Positions 9,327 to 19,277 of a stretch of DNA of 64,000 bases are shown here, piece after piece (positions within the stretch are counted from its first letter, which is position 1; every line of letters begins with the position of its first letter). The translations under genes were made by a program, and so were the position numbers. Origin of the DNA: Fimbriimonadales bacterium (GTDB lineage: Bacteria > Armatimonadota > Fimbriimonadia > Fimbriimonadales > ATM1); the NCBI GenBank assembly GCA_041744215.1, contig JBGTLG010000041.1, positions 160,001-224,000 of the forward strand, in the 5' to 3' direction. The notes under the pieces were generated by a model. The model did no database searches. It saw only the letters and a list, made by a program, of their open reading frames with translations, and was not told the DNA's origin.

Positions 9327-10529
9327 TTATCTGGAAGGCAAGAATGCACTCAATGTGATCCTTGCGATTTCTGTTGGCAATTCGCCGAGCGACAGTGACG
9401 AAGACGCTACTGCTTCGCCATCGCGAAGCCCGACGACGGTCACCGCTTGGGCGCCTTCGGCTTCCGACTCGATCACGTTGAGAACCTGAAGCTTGGCGCC
9501 AGTTGCGAGCTCGAGCGCTTTTGCCGTTGCCTCCGCGACCGCGACGCGGGGCGATCTTGAGGGCTCGCTGACACCTGTAAAGAGTTCGCCATCGACTGAG
9601 AGGACTGCAACGCCCCGGTAGCCGCCCGCGAACTGTTCTGAAGTCGCGCTCACCAGGTCGACTGTAGCGGAATCCAGGCTTACGCAACCACTTGGCACCG
9701 GCTCCTGCGCCGATCGGGACTCCTTCATCGCCGTGGAGAGTCTGCTTGCCTCGTTGATGAGATTATCAAGTGTTGCCGCAAAGTGGGTTCCCTCTCGCTC
9801 TTTCGTGCGGCGGCCCCCAAAGACGCCGTGGGAGATGCTTATCGGCAGCAGCGCTCCTTCGATTTCGAGCCCCGTGATCTTCGACCCTATCGATGAGGCG
9901 AGGTACTCGGCCTCGCCGCGTGGGCGCAGCGTGCCGATTGCGAACTCATCCCCGCCATAGCGGCAAAGGAGGTCCATAGCAGGAGCAACGTTGCTTCGCA
10001 ATTCATCGGCAACACGCCGAAGCACTTGGTCCCCGACCATGTGACCGAACCTCTTGTTAAAAGGACCAAACTCGTCGAGGTCGAAGAAAAGGATCGTGAT
10101 CTCGTGCCCGGCCTCAAAGTTCTTTAGCCCCCACTCCCGAAGCGCATCGCTCCATGGCAGCTGAGTCAGCGGGTCAAAGTTCCTTCCGATGTCACGGAGT
10201 AAATCGTGCGCCGAGACGATTCCAAGAAACTGACCATCCTCGACGACAGGAATGCGAGGGAGGTTCTGGCCAGTCATGAGTTCGGCCACTCGCCTCAGCG
10301 TCGTGTTCGGGTCAACAGCCTCGAGGTCGGTTCGGACGAACTGAGACACCGGCGTGTCTTCTGACACACCGGCTAAGTCCTCGATGTACAAGACACCGGC
10401 GAACTCTTTGCCCTCTATTACGCCCAGGCCCGCCACCCCGTGGCCTCGCATGAGAACCAACGCGGTGCGAACCAAATGTTCCGGATTTACCCAGATGGGC
10501 CAAAGGGGTAAGTCTTTGACCTGCTTCAT
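9327..10529 (-). CDS. CBS-pair + GGDEF diguanylate cyclase with extra C-terminal domain
   Basis: Two CBS repeats, DPLTQLP, FDLDEFGPFNKRFGHMVGD, RYGGDEF. Start assigned to ATG 10529. Confidence 0.88.
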   Translation of the reverse strand: MKQVKDLPLWPIWVNPEHLVRTALVLMRGHGVAGLGVIEGKEFAGVLYIEDLAGVSEDTPVSQFVRTDLEAVDPNTTLRRVAELMTGQNLPRIPVVEDGQFLGIVSAHDLLRDIGRNFDPLTQLPWSDALREWGLKNFEAGHEITILFFDLDEFGPFNKRFGHMVGDQVLRRVADELRSNVAPAMDLLCRYGGDEFAIGTLRPRGEAEYLASSIGSKITGLEIEGALLPISISHGVFGGRRTKEREGTHFAATLDNLINEASRLSTAMKESRSAQEPVPSGCVSLDSATVDLVSATSEQFAGGYRGVAVLSVDGELFTGVSEPSRSPRVAVAEATAKALELATGAKLQVLNVIESEAEGAQAVTVVGLRDGEAVASSSLSLGELPTEIARITLSAFLPSR

Positions 10530-10641
10530 TCCCGGCAGGGTGCCCTCGGTGCGTACTCTATCCCCTGCAGTCGCAGGATACGACGATACATCTGCTAGGT
10601 TTTCCTCAGCCAGGTAGAAGTGCGAGTCGGGTTCTTGTGAG

Positions 10642-11607
10642 TTAAACATCACCCAGCCTTCGGCAGATCATCCGTTTGGACGCTTCGAGTTTTCGTCCAA
10701 AGTACGCGTCATCGTTTATAAGACGCTCACGAGCATCGCGCAGAAGCCTAAATGTCTGGCCAGGGGTTATTCCCAAGTATTTCGCGACGTTAGCCTCAGC
10801 GAGGAGAGCTTCACTTCTCAAAACGAAGGTCGTCAGCTGGTCCTGAAACGCGCCGTCTCTTTGCCGCTCGCGCCTCGATAGCGATTGGCAGACACAGTCG
10901 ACCACCACATCGCGCAGGTCAAATCCTATGTCCTTGGCAATCAGCGGATCTAGGACGCCAACTGCCCGAATCGGAGAGATCTCACCCGTTTCACGGCGGC
11001 AAGCGAACTTCAGCAGCTTGATAGCCCCTCGGAGAGTTCGGCCATCTCCACGAATTAGCTTCGAGATCGCACGTACGACGTCGTCCGCCAGCTTGAGGTC
11101 CTCGTCGCGCGCCACCGCGCGGATAATGCCCTCGCGCTCTTCGAGCGAAGGCTCACGAATCTCCTCGTGACGCCAACGGCGAGGAAACGGGAGCAGCGAC
11201 CAGACTCGCTTCGGTGCGCTTGAGGCAGCACACAGGGTCGGGCGTCCAGACCGCACCCGCCTCTCAAGCTCGATCGCCAACCTGTGTCGGCACTTCGGTG
11301 TTGCCGAGTTGGCTTCGATGTCATCGACGATGAGAATGTCTGGCCGACCGAAGCCATATGACGGCCGATCCAGGTCAGACGCGGAAACCAGCCCCACGCT
11401 GGCACCGAGATTGGAGTGCGCCTCCTGTGCCGCCTCGCGGAGAAGGTGAGACTTCCCGCAGCCGTGAGGTCCGGAGATCGCGCCAAAGCGCTCCTCTCCA
11501 TGTGCAAAATCCATGGATAACCTGTGGGCGCCACTGTTGCATGGCAACACCTCGAAGCTCACACTCTGCGACATATCACTCGAATTACGCGAATTTCCAA
11601 CAGCCAT
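10642..11607 (-). CDS. DnaA/Hda-like AAA+ protein (truncated DnaA paralog)
   Basis: SFEVLPCN start of a DnaA domain III, Walker A GPHGCGKSHLL, Walker B ILIVDD, EPSLEEREGII, GDGRTLRGA. GAGGGG Shine-Dalgarno (SD) before ATG 11607. Confidence 0.75.
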   Translation of the reverse strand: MAVGNSRNSSDMSQSVSFEVLPCNSGAHRLSMDFAHGEERFGAISGPHGCGKSHLLREAAQEAHSNLGASVGLVSASDLDRPSYGFGRPDILIVDDIEANSATPKCRHRLAIELERRVRSGRPTLCAASSAPKRVWSLLPFPRRWRHEEIREPSLEEREGIIRAVARDEDLKLADDVVRAISKLIRGDGRTLRGAIKLLKFACRRETGEISPIRAVGVLDPLIAKDIGFDLRDVVVDCVCQSLSRRERQRDGAFQDQLTTFVLRSEALLAEANVAKYLGITPGQTFRLLRDARERLINDDAYFGRKLEASKRMICRRLGDV

Positions 11608-12110
11608 CAATGTCCCCTCTCTGCTCTGAAAGACCCTGTGGGTCAGCCGGGGCCAGTATCCGCGCACGGGGAAAGCGAAGGCAAGGCTGCCTGAGCGCAA
11701 ATGAAGTCACGCATCCTCGCTCTTTCTCAGTTTTTTGCCTGTTTTCCTCGTTGTTCACGGTCCGTTGACAAAGTTGAATGAGGTTTTCAACACTGGAGGA
11801 GGAAGTACCCATTCAGTCGAGATTGAGCCTTTCCGGCTGGGCGCAGTTAGGTAAGCGCGCGTATCTTTCAATCGATTCAGGAACTAAGTGGCTGGTAGTT
11901 TAGCGAGTTGGTACCTAGTGAAAGTGATGAGGTGACCGGCTCTCCAGCGTGGAAAGCACCTACCGGACACGAGTTTTCCACAAGCCATTTGGGATAAGTG
12001 CCGGCAAACCAGCAATATTGCCTGGATGGGGGATGCGGTGTAAGTGGAATCACAGCCTTTGAGCCGGGGAAACCCGTGTCAATTTCTGAAAGCACCGGAG
12101 GATCGAATAG

Positions 12111-12455
<345 letters not shown>

Positions 12456-12474
12456 GGGCGTAGCGGCTTGATCG

Positions 12475-12512
12475 AAGAGGAAGGCGGCCGAAGGGCTGCC
12501 CTCCTCTTCTTG
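12475..12512 (+). terminator. Stem-loop after the major pilin (terminator or mRNA stabiliser)
   Basis: AAGAGGAAGGCGGCC-GAAG-GGCTGCCCTCCTCTT inverted repeat followed by CTT. Confidence 0.6.
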
Positions 12513-12533
12513 ACCATTTCATAGGAGCTTCCA

Positions 12534-12992
12534 ATGACCCAGGCGAAGCAACGCAGAGTACGAGGCGCATTGCTGATCGAATCGCTGTTTGCGGTGTTTC
12601 TTGTCGCGATCGTGGCAACGATCATTGCCGCAACGATGCCTCTTGCCAACAACAGTCGAGCGCGTGCCGATATGCTGAACAAGGCCGTGAGCATTGCGCA
12701 GAAGCAAGTGGAGAACGTGAGAGGTGTCGGTTATCCGAATCTAAACGGTCCTCAACTGCTCGCGGCGGGCTTAGTCGAATCTTCGACCGCCGACGGCAAT
12801 GGAAGATTTCATTTCACCAACGTCGATTCCGCCGCATTCGACGCCCCAGCGCTCGTCTTGCCGAGCGGAAAGGGCTATCTCAAGATCGAGCAAGTGGGTC
12901 TTGATTTGCGGCTCGTCACAGTGCGTGTCGAATGGACCGATCGCGGCAAGCCGCGTCACACAGTTTTGTCAACCATGATCGCGAATCTGTAG
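12534..12992 (+). CDS. Minor pilin, PilV-like
   Basis: RG|ALLIESLFAVFLVAIV prepilin motif, VTVRVEW C-terminal strand. Confidence 0.8.
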   Translation: MTQAKQRRVRGALLIESLFAVFLVAIVATIIAATMPLANNSRARADMLNKAVSIAQKQVENVRGVGYPNLNGPQLLAAGLVESSTADGNGRFHFTNVDSAAFDAPALVLPSGKGYLKIEQVGLDLRLVTVRVEWTDRGKPRHTVLSTMIANL

Positions 12993-13005
12993 CATGGAGG
13001 TGCTT

Positions 13006-13575
13006 ATGCCACGACGTAAAGTACGCGGCGCCACGTTGGTGGAAGTCGTTTTTGGAATCTCTGTCAGCGCGATTGTGATCTTCGGCGGAATGATCGCGCT
13101 CGTGAGCACTCTCGGTGGCTGGAGTCGAGGACAATCGAAGATCGAAGCCGAGCTGGAGGCGACGCAAGCGATGCGCCACCTCCGGGATACTTTGCGCGAG
13201 GCGATGGTCATTCAGGTTGACATTGATGGAAAAGGGATGACCTATAGACTTCCTTTGCGCGATGGCGACGGCGACTACCAGCAACCCGCAGCTTGGGACG
13301 GGATAACACGCCGATTCGAGGTGAGAGATACCGGCGAACTCGTTGCAGTCAACGACGGAGTCGAGCGGACGCTCGTAAAAGGCGTAGCTGTTCTCGACCC
13401 TCGGAATGGGAACCCCGCCCCTTACCATCCATTCCAACCTGGTCCGGGAGCGATTGTGAGACAAGTGGTTGTTCAAATCGTGACGGAGCGGCAGATTCAC
13501 CGAGAAGGGACGAAGGCGTACGGACGCAATCGTGAGACGATCATTCTGCGAAACACGCCCACCCTCATCAACTGA
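13006..13575 (+). CDS. Minor pilin, PilW-like
   Basis: RG|ATLVEVVFGI prepilin motif. GGAGGTG SD before ATG 13006. Confidence 0.8.
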   Translation: MPRRKVRGATLVEVVFGISVSAIVIFGGMIALVSTLGGWSRGQSKIEAELEATQAMRHLRDTLREAMVIQVDIDGKGMTYRLPLRDGDGDYQQPAAWDGITRRFEVRDTGELVAVNDGVERTLVKGVAVLDPRNGNPAPYHPFQPGPGAIVRQVVVQIVTERQIHREGTKAYGRNRETIILRNTPTLIN

Positions 13576-13624
13576 TCCTGACCCATACTCACATCGGCTT
13601 TCAATCACCTGGAGGTGAGTAAGA

Positions 13625-15424
13625 GTGAAACGAAGAAACCGCAAACAACGTGGCATGGCGCTAATCTCGATATTCGGTGTTTTAACCGTTGTCGCGATTG
13701 GAACCACCGCTTATGTCAATAGTGCGACTCAAACGATAAGGATTGCGCGTTCGAATGAACTCGAAGTGCGACTTACGAATGTCTGTGAGGCGGGAATCCA
13801 GGATCTGCTCCTCTCGCTTTGGAAGCCATTCCGAAACTACCAGGCTTTCAATGACTTGGACTTCGCCCTCACGGGCGCCAGCCCCGGTTCTCCCAAAGGA
13901 ACCACTACGGGATCAACGCATGACAATAACGTCTACTCCGCAGGCGTCATTGGCTACACGGACCCCGATACGTACAACCGTATCGTGACAATCAGAGTCG
14001 TCGCATGGCAAGACACCAACAACAACGGCGCCCTCGACGCCAACGAAACGCAAAAGGTCGTAGACGTCTCGACGGTCTTCAGCCTAACTCGAAGCCAAGT
14101 GTTCGACTACACGTACTTCGTCAACAATTACGGTTGGATGAGCGGATTCAGTGCAGCCCAGCTTATCGTTAACGGCGATATGCGCGCTAACGGCAACTTT
14201 GATTTCAGCGGCGGTTCTCCCACTATTAACGGATCGGTCTATGCTTCAGCAAATGATCGGCTCGTTCCTCCAGCGCAAGGACTCGTCAACATTACGCCAA
14301 CACAACAAACCAACTCTGCTTACAACGGAGTCAGTGACCCACGAAGGCGGCAAGGTTATGACCCGCTTGTTCACGGAGCCAAAGGCTCCGATGAGTACGA
14401 GAATTGGCGTGACTTCATCTACGACCAGTCTGGACAGATCGTAAACAACCGCATCAGCGGCTCGGTAGTCGGCGACTCGCGAGGATACAAAACGTATCCT
14501 GGCGTCCTGCTTGACTCGACACCGACGCATGAAATCACGATGCCTGACTTGAGCGACATCACCCGATATGTTTCGCTGAGCACATCCTATGTAGACCAAA
14601 AGCAAACTTTCGAAGACGGCACGACGAACCCCAACTACGGACTGGGAGCGTATGTCGAGGTGTGGAACGCCGTTCTCGGTGAGTACGTGCGCGTCGACGT
14701 GAATGGAGTCGTCCCGGGATCTGCAGCCCTGATTGGCACTTCTGACAAACCGATTCGAATTCACGGCCCGGTGACATTTCTCGATGACTGCGTCATCAAG
14801 GGCTTTGTCGAAGGCCAAGGTACGTTGTACACGGGTCGCAACGTTCACATCGTTGGTGACATCAAGTACAAGAACCCACCCGACTTCCGAGGATCAGATC
14901 CGCAAGCGATCGATAATGCGAACAGCTCAAAGGACCTGCTAGCGTTAGCGGCGCGGGGCAGCGTGATCATCGGCAACGTAAAACAGTTCAAGAATCCATA
15001 TCCCCTCAAGTACATGACGCCACCCTTCACGAAGGGGCGTTACGACGACTGGGGCAACTGGATTCCACCGTTTGACGCGATGCAGTTCGACTACACAGGA
15101 AGGCGCCGATACCAGAGTACGTTTAGCGACGACTACATCAACAGCATCTCATCGTCTGTGAACCAAATGGACGCTGTGCTGTACACGAACTACCTCGGAG
15201 GCGGTCAACTTGGAGTTGGCGGCGGAGGCGTCGCGTTCAACGGCTCGATCATTTCGAAGGACGAAGCGATGGTCATCTATTCACTTCCCATGAGAATGAA
15301 CTACGATCATCGCATTCGCGAGAGGAGGATCAGCAAAGAACCGTTGATCGACCTCAACCTTCCGCGAACGCCAGCCCTCTTGAGAAGCACATGGCAAGAT
15401 CGAGGAATGAGCTTCGGCTACTAA
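13625..15424 (+). CDS. Large PilX-like tip pilin
   Basis: QRG|MALISIFGVLTVV (no E5, as in PilX/GspK), DTNNNGALD Ca-binding-like motif, large beta-rich body. Confidence 0.75.
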   Translation: MKRRNRKQRGMALISIFGVLTVVAIGTTAYVNSATQTIRIARSNELEVRLTNVCEAGIQDLLLSLWKPFRNYQAFNDLDFALTGASPGSPKGTTTGSTHDNNVYSAGVIGYTDPDTYNRIVTIRVVAWQDTNNNGALDANETQKVVDVSTVFSLTRSQVFDYTYFVNNYGWMSGFSAAQLIVNGDMRANGNFDFSGGSPTINGSVYASANDRLVPPAQGLVNITPTQQTNSAYNGVSDPRRRQGYDPLVHGAKGSDEYENWRDFIYDQSGQIVNNRISGSVVGDSRGYKTYPGVLLDSTPTHEITMPDLSDITRYVSLSTSYVDQKQTFEDGTTNPNYGLGAYVEVWNAVLGEYVRVDVNGVVPGSAALIGTSDKPIRIHGPVTFLDDCVIKGFVEGQGTLYTGRNVHIVGDIKYKNPPDFRGSDPQAIDNANSSKDLLALAARGSVIIGNVKQFKNPYPLKYMTPPFTKGRYDDWGNWIPPFDAMQFDYTGRRRYQSTFSDDYINSISSSVNQMDAVLYTNYLGGGQLGVGGGGVAFNGSIISKDEAMVIYSLPMRMNYDHRIRERRISKEPLIDLNLPRTPALLRSTWQDRGMSFGY

Positions 15425-15439
15425 GAAGGACAAAAGACA

Positions 15440-15859
15440 ATGAAGCCTCTCAGACTACTTGTGGTTTGCGGACTCGTCGGCGTATTCGCCGGCGCGTCCG
15501 CCGACTGGATTCAGGCGACAGAGCCTGCGCCGCACAACCCGCGTTTCAACGACGAGGACGCAGCTGCCCAGCAAACAGAGACCCCTGTGATTCCGTCCAG
15601 TGGTTCGTCAGACTCCCTCTCGCGGCCGACAGCGCCCTCCATATCAAACGATTCTGGAGGCGCGGACGCGATCGCGAAGTCGAACATCAATGGACAGCAG
15701 GCCCTTGCGGCGGCAGAGCGCACCGTATCGTCGCCCAATCGGCGTAAGCCGTGGCTACTACCAGTCGTCGGATTAGGTTGTGCGATGCTTGCGGTGGCGC
15801 TTGTTTGGCGAGTACGTAGCTGGGCTGACAAAAACGCGCCGCATTCACATAAGCACTGA
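15440..15859 (+). CDS. Hypothetical exported protein with C-terminal membrane anchor
   Basis: Signal peptide (…AGASA), Ser/Pro-rich linker, C-terminal TM helix, AAGGA SD. Confidence 0.7.
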   Translation: MKPLRLLVVCGLVGVFAGASADWIQATEPAPHNPRFNDEDAAAQQTETPVIPSSGSSDSLSRPTAPSISNDSGGADAIAKSNINGQQALAAAERTVSSPNRRKPWLLPVVGLGCAMLAVALVWRVRSWADKNAPHSHKH

Positions 15860-15869
15860 CTCGGTCAGT

Positions 15870-17180
15870 TCAGAGTTGTTGCGTTGCTTTGACGTCCAAA
15901 TAGTAGTTCACGAGATTGGTGCCCAGCGTATCCGGCTCTGAGTCGAGGGTTCTAACACCCGCGGCGTTGAGCAAACGCTGGGCCTTTTCTCTTTCCTCAT
16001 GAAACAGATTCGCTGATGTTCGCAGATAGGGACCGACGGGATCGTCCAGGTCTGCCTGACGTTGTGATTGCAGGCCAGGGTCTGCGACGCTCACCACCAG
16101 GCAAATGTGTCGGCGAGCCAGGGGACCGAGCACTGACAGCAGTTTGCGTGCCTCGTCCGGATCCTCGATCTCCGTAAAGACCACCATAAGACTCCGTCGT
16201 TTCCAACGGGTCGCGAGGTAGTTGAACGAATCCCTGGCGTTTGCCTCGATCGGCTCCGCTCTTAGGGCATGCAGTGCCTCAATGATGTGGCCGAGTTGCC
16301 CTCTTCCGCGCTTCGGCGCGATCCAGCGCTCTACTCGGTCAGCATAAACCAAGAGGCCAATCTGATCGTTTGCCGTTGAGGCCGCGTTTCCGAGCATAAG
16401 GGCCGCATCCAGCACGTAATCGAGTTTCTCGATAGAGCCGACCTCCGCCATCATCAGCCGTCCGTAGTCGATGACCAACAGCACTGGCTGGTTGCGCTCT
16501 GCTTCAAACTCCCTAACGATCAGCTTTCCGCGCCTCGCTGTGGCTTTCCAGTCCATCTTCCTATAGTCGTCGCCGCTCGCGTAGTCGCGTAGCGCATCGA
16601 AGTCCGTTCCAACCCCCTTCAATCGCGATCGGCGGATGCCGATCTGGCGCAAGTGCCCGCGCTGTTTTAGGAGGTCGAATTTGCGGAGAGCGAGAATGTT
16701 CGGATACACCCTTACAATCTGCCGTGTCGGGATTCGCGACTGGCGGGCGACCAGTCCAAGAGGACCATCCGCGCGAACGAACGAATCTCGAAAGAAGTAG
16801 TCTCCTCGCTCCGACGGCGAGACGTGATACCGGTACTCCTTAGTTTGGCCTGGGAGCAAGTCGACATCGAATTCCTGTTGATCAGCTACAAATTCTGGCG
16901 GAGGCTCATCGCGAAGCCGGAACTGAAGTCGCGAGGTCCCTTCGTTCGTAACGCGCAGTCGAACCAAGTTCTCGGTACGCACGCTTAGCACCCGGTCCAT
17001 CCGGCGATCGATCCGAACATCCCGCCCGCTTGGAGCCATCGCGTAAGCAAGAAAAGCCAAGCCGAACACAGCGAGGTTGAATGGCCAGACAAAAGCGAAA
17101 AGCGAGGGGTCGATTGATCCAAGCACCGCGATCAGCACGCCGCCAGCTAAGAGCGCAAAGAATTTCCATCGGAGAATCAC
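15870..17180 (-). CDS. DUF58 (MoxR-associated, vWA-like) protein
   Basis: GTDFDALRDYASGDDYRKMDWKATARRGKLIVREFEAERNQ. Start assigned to GTG 17180. Confidence 0.9.
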   Translation of the reverse strand: MILRWKFFALLAGGVLIAVLGSIDPSLFAFVWPFNLAVFGLAFLAYAMAPSGRDVRIDRRMDRVLSVRTENLVRLRVTNEGTSRLQFRLRDEPPPEFVADQQEFDVDLLPGQTKEYRYHVSPSERGDYFFRDSFVRADGPLGLVARQSRIPTRQIVRVYPNILALRKFDLLKQRGHLRQIGIRRSRLKGVGTDFDALRDYASGDDYRKMDWKATARRGKLIVREFEAERNQPVLLVIDYGRLMMAEVGSIEKLDYVLDAALMLGNAASTANDQIGLLVYADRVERWIAPKRGRGQLGHIIEALHALRAEPIEANARDSFNYLATRWKRRSLMVVFTEIEDPDEARKLLSVLGPLARRHICLVVSVADPGLQSQRQADLDDPVGPYLRTSANLFHEEREKAQRLLNAAGVRTLDSEPDTLGTNLVNYYLDVKATQQL

Positions 17181-17210
17181 CCAGATACCCCCTGAGGTAC
17201 CCTCGAATCG

Positions 17211-17957
17211 GTGCCGATTGAATACGCAGTCCTGACACCTGAGAAGGTCGCCGTAAAGTATCCGCTCGCTGGGATCGGGTCGCGGGTTTTTGCGTACCTC
17301 ATCGACTTTGTCGTGATAATGATCCTCCTTCAAGCAGTCGCCGTCGGGGTCGCACTGTTAGGAGTATTGTCGCAGGGTTTCGCGATGTTCGCGATGGCGA
17401 TTTTGGGCCTATCAGTGGTCGTCGGCTATCACATAGTACTCGAAGCTTTTTGGAACGGACAGACGCTCGGAAAGAAGGCGCTGGGCGTCCGGGTGAGGAT
17501 GGCGGATGGATCGCCGGTAACGCCGGGCGCGGCATTCCTGCGGAATGTGCTTCGGCTCGGGGACTTCCTGCCAAGTTTCTATACAGTAGGGCTGATGGCG
17601 ATGTTCTTCACCGAAAAGAGCCAGCGACTTGGGGACGTCGCAGCGAACACCATCGTCGTGAAGGAGCGACGCAACGTGGATCCGATCCCCCTCAGCAGCC
17701 CCTTGACCGAAGAGGAGCACCCCTTGGAGGAACTCGTTGGCGACCTCCGCGGCATGACTATCGAGGAGTACCTCGCGGTGAAGACGTTGTGCGATCGGTA
17801 TCCGGACTTGCCCAGAGAGGTCCAGCAGAAACTTGTGCGAGAAGTGTGGCTGCCGGTCGCGAACCGCCACGGAGTCGGAGCGTACTACGACGTTCATCCG
17901 GTGTACCTCATGGAGGCGACGGTGATGAAGTACGCCCGCAGGAACGGACTTCTGTGA
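17211..17957 (+). CDS. RDD family membrane protein
   Basis: AGIGSRVFAYLID, GQTLGKKALGVRV, QRLGDVAANTIVV. Confidence 0.9.
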   Translation: MPIEYAVLTPEKVAVKYPLAGIGSRVFAYLIDFVVIMILLQAVAVGVALLGVLSQGFAMFAMAILGLSVVVGYHIVLEAFWNGQTLGKKALGVRVRMADGSPVTPGAAFLRNVLRLGDFLPSFYTVGLMAMFFTEKSQRLGDVAANTIVVKERRNVDPIPLSSPLTEEEHPLEELVGDLRGMTIEEYLAVKTLCDRYPDLPREVQQKLVREVWLPVANRHGVGAYYDVHPVYLMEATVMKYARRNGLL

Positions 17958-18145
17958 ATAATCGTGTTGGAAACTTTGGTGTTCGGGTGTGGTCGGCTGC
18001 TACGCCTCCAGGGACTGGGGATAACTGGCCCGATTCCGCCTGCGTTATCCACATCAAACCCGGTACTTTTCCCATGCACAAGAGGCCAGCTTCTTATTCG
18101 AGTTGCCGACTTGTCCACATTAGGCCGGCTCTTAACAATCACAAC
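17953..18145. promoter_or_regulatory. DnaA-box cluster (candidate oriC or DnaA-binding locus)
   Basis: TGTGAATAA 17953-17961, TGGGGATAA 18016-18024, TTATCCACA 18045-18053, TTGTCCACA 18111-18119. Confidence 0.6.
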
Positions 18146-18158
18146 GAGGAGCAGTTAA

Positions 18159-19277
18159 GTGCTTCTTGAATCATTCCGGGAATGTGGAGAACCGACTCGG
18201 TTCAAGACACTTCAGCTCAGGGACTTCCGGAACTACGAGTCCCTTAAGATTGAGTTCGGCGACACGGTCAACCTCATTATTGGACCGAACGCACAAGGCA
18301 AGTCGAACCTCCTTGAGGCGTTGTCTGTCATCTCGGTGACCCGCTCCTTCCGTGGTGCGAAAGATCGGTCGATGGTGCGCAGCGGTTGCGAGGTGGCTCT
18401 GGTTGGATCCGAAACCGAGGCAGGGGAGGTTTCGATCCGGATCCCAAGGCAAGGCAGGAGGTCGGCAGCTATAGGCGGGTCGGCGATCCCGCGTGTGCAA
18501 GATTTGATTGGCCGATTGCCCACCATCAGTTTCTCGTCATCGGACATCGAGCTGATTACTGGAGAGCCATCCGCACGGAGACGGTTCCTTGACCTCGAGT
18601 TATCGCAGCTCAGCCCGAAGTATCTGGTCGCGTTCTCGGATTACCGGCGAGCTCTCGACCAGCGCAATGCATTGCTTAAGCAGATACGTGAGGGTTGGGA
18701 AGAGCCAGCTACATTGGACGTTTGGGACCACAAGCTGGCTGTCGCGGGCGCTTTAATGCGCCTTCACAGGCGAGCATTCGTCGAGTCGCTCTCATCGCTT
18801 GCGGCAACGAGGCACGGGGACCTGTCAGGGATCGAAGAGAGGTTGACTGTTCGGTACGCAAGTCAGGACGAAAGCGAGACGGAAGCAGAACTGCGTCAGA
18901 AACTCGAGGAGAAACGGAAGACGGACATCGTTATTGGATCTACCTCGGTAGGCCCGCATCGTGATGACCTAGTGATCGAGATAGAGAGCCTTGGCGCTTC
19001 TGCGTTTGGGAGTCAAGGCCAGCAAAGAACCGCACTTCTCGCGATCAAGTTAGCTCAAGTCGACTACTGGCGCGCGCGCGAGGGACGGATACCAGCCCTG
19101 CTCCTTGATGACATTCTCAGCGACCTCGACGCCGCTCGACGTCGCCAGGTATTGAGCGTGTCCGGATCACTAGGGCAAGTCTTTGTTACTGCGACGGACC
19201 TCCAATCCGTCAGCGATAGTGTATCAGGTTCAGCCTCAATCTTCAACATATCCCAGGGGAAGGTCTCAGGGGCTTGA
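18159..19277 (+). CDS. recF: DNA replication/repair protein RecF
   Basis: LRDFRNY, GPNAQGKSNLLEA, GPHRDDL, GSQGQQRT, LLLDDILSDLD. Confidence 0.96.
   Translation: MLLESFRECGEPTRFKTLQLRDFRNYESLKIEFGDTVNLIIGPNAQGKSNLLEALSVISVTRSFRGAKDRSMVRSGCEVALVGSETEAGEVSIRIPRQGRRSAAIGGSAIPRVQDLIGRLPTISFSSSDIELITGEPSARRRFLDLELSQLSPKYLVAFSDYRRALDQRNALLKQIREGWEEPATLDVWDHKLAVAGALMRLHRRAFVESLSSLAATRHGDLSGIEERLTVRYASQDESETEAELRQKLEEKRKTDIVIGSTSVGPHRDDLVIEIESLGASAFGSQGQQRTALLAIKLAQVDYWRAREGRIPALLLDDILSDLDAARRRQVLSVSGSLGQVFVTATDLQSVSDSVSGSASIFNISQGKVSGA

Noticed and set aside
12001-12060. GGCAAACC…stem upstream of the pilin, resembling a c-di-GMP-I riboswitch start
   Set aside because: Lacks the GNRA loop, the GxCGCAAAGC junction and the P2 stem.
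17964-18158. 64-aa ORF upstream of recF
   Set aside because: No coding signal. The region is better explained as a DnaA-box cluster.
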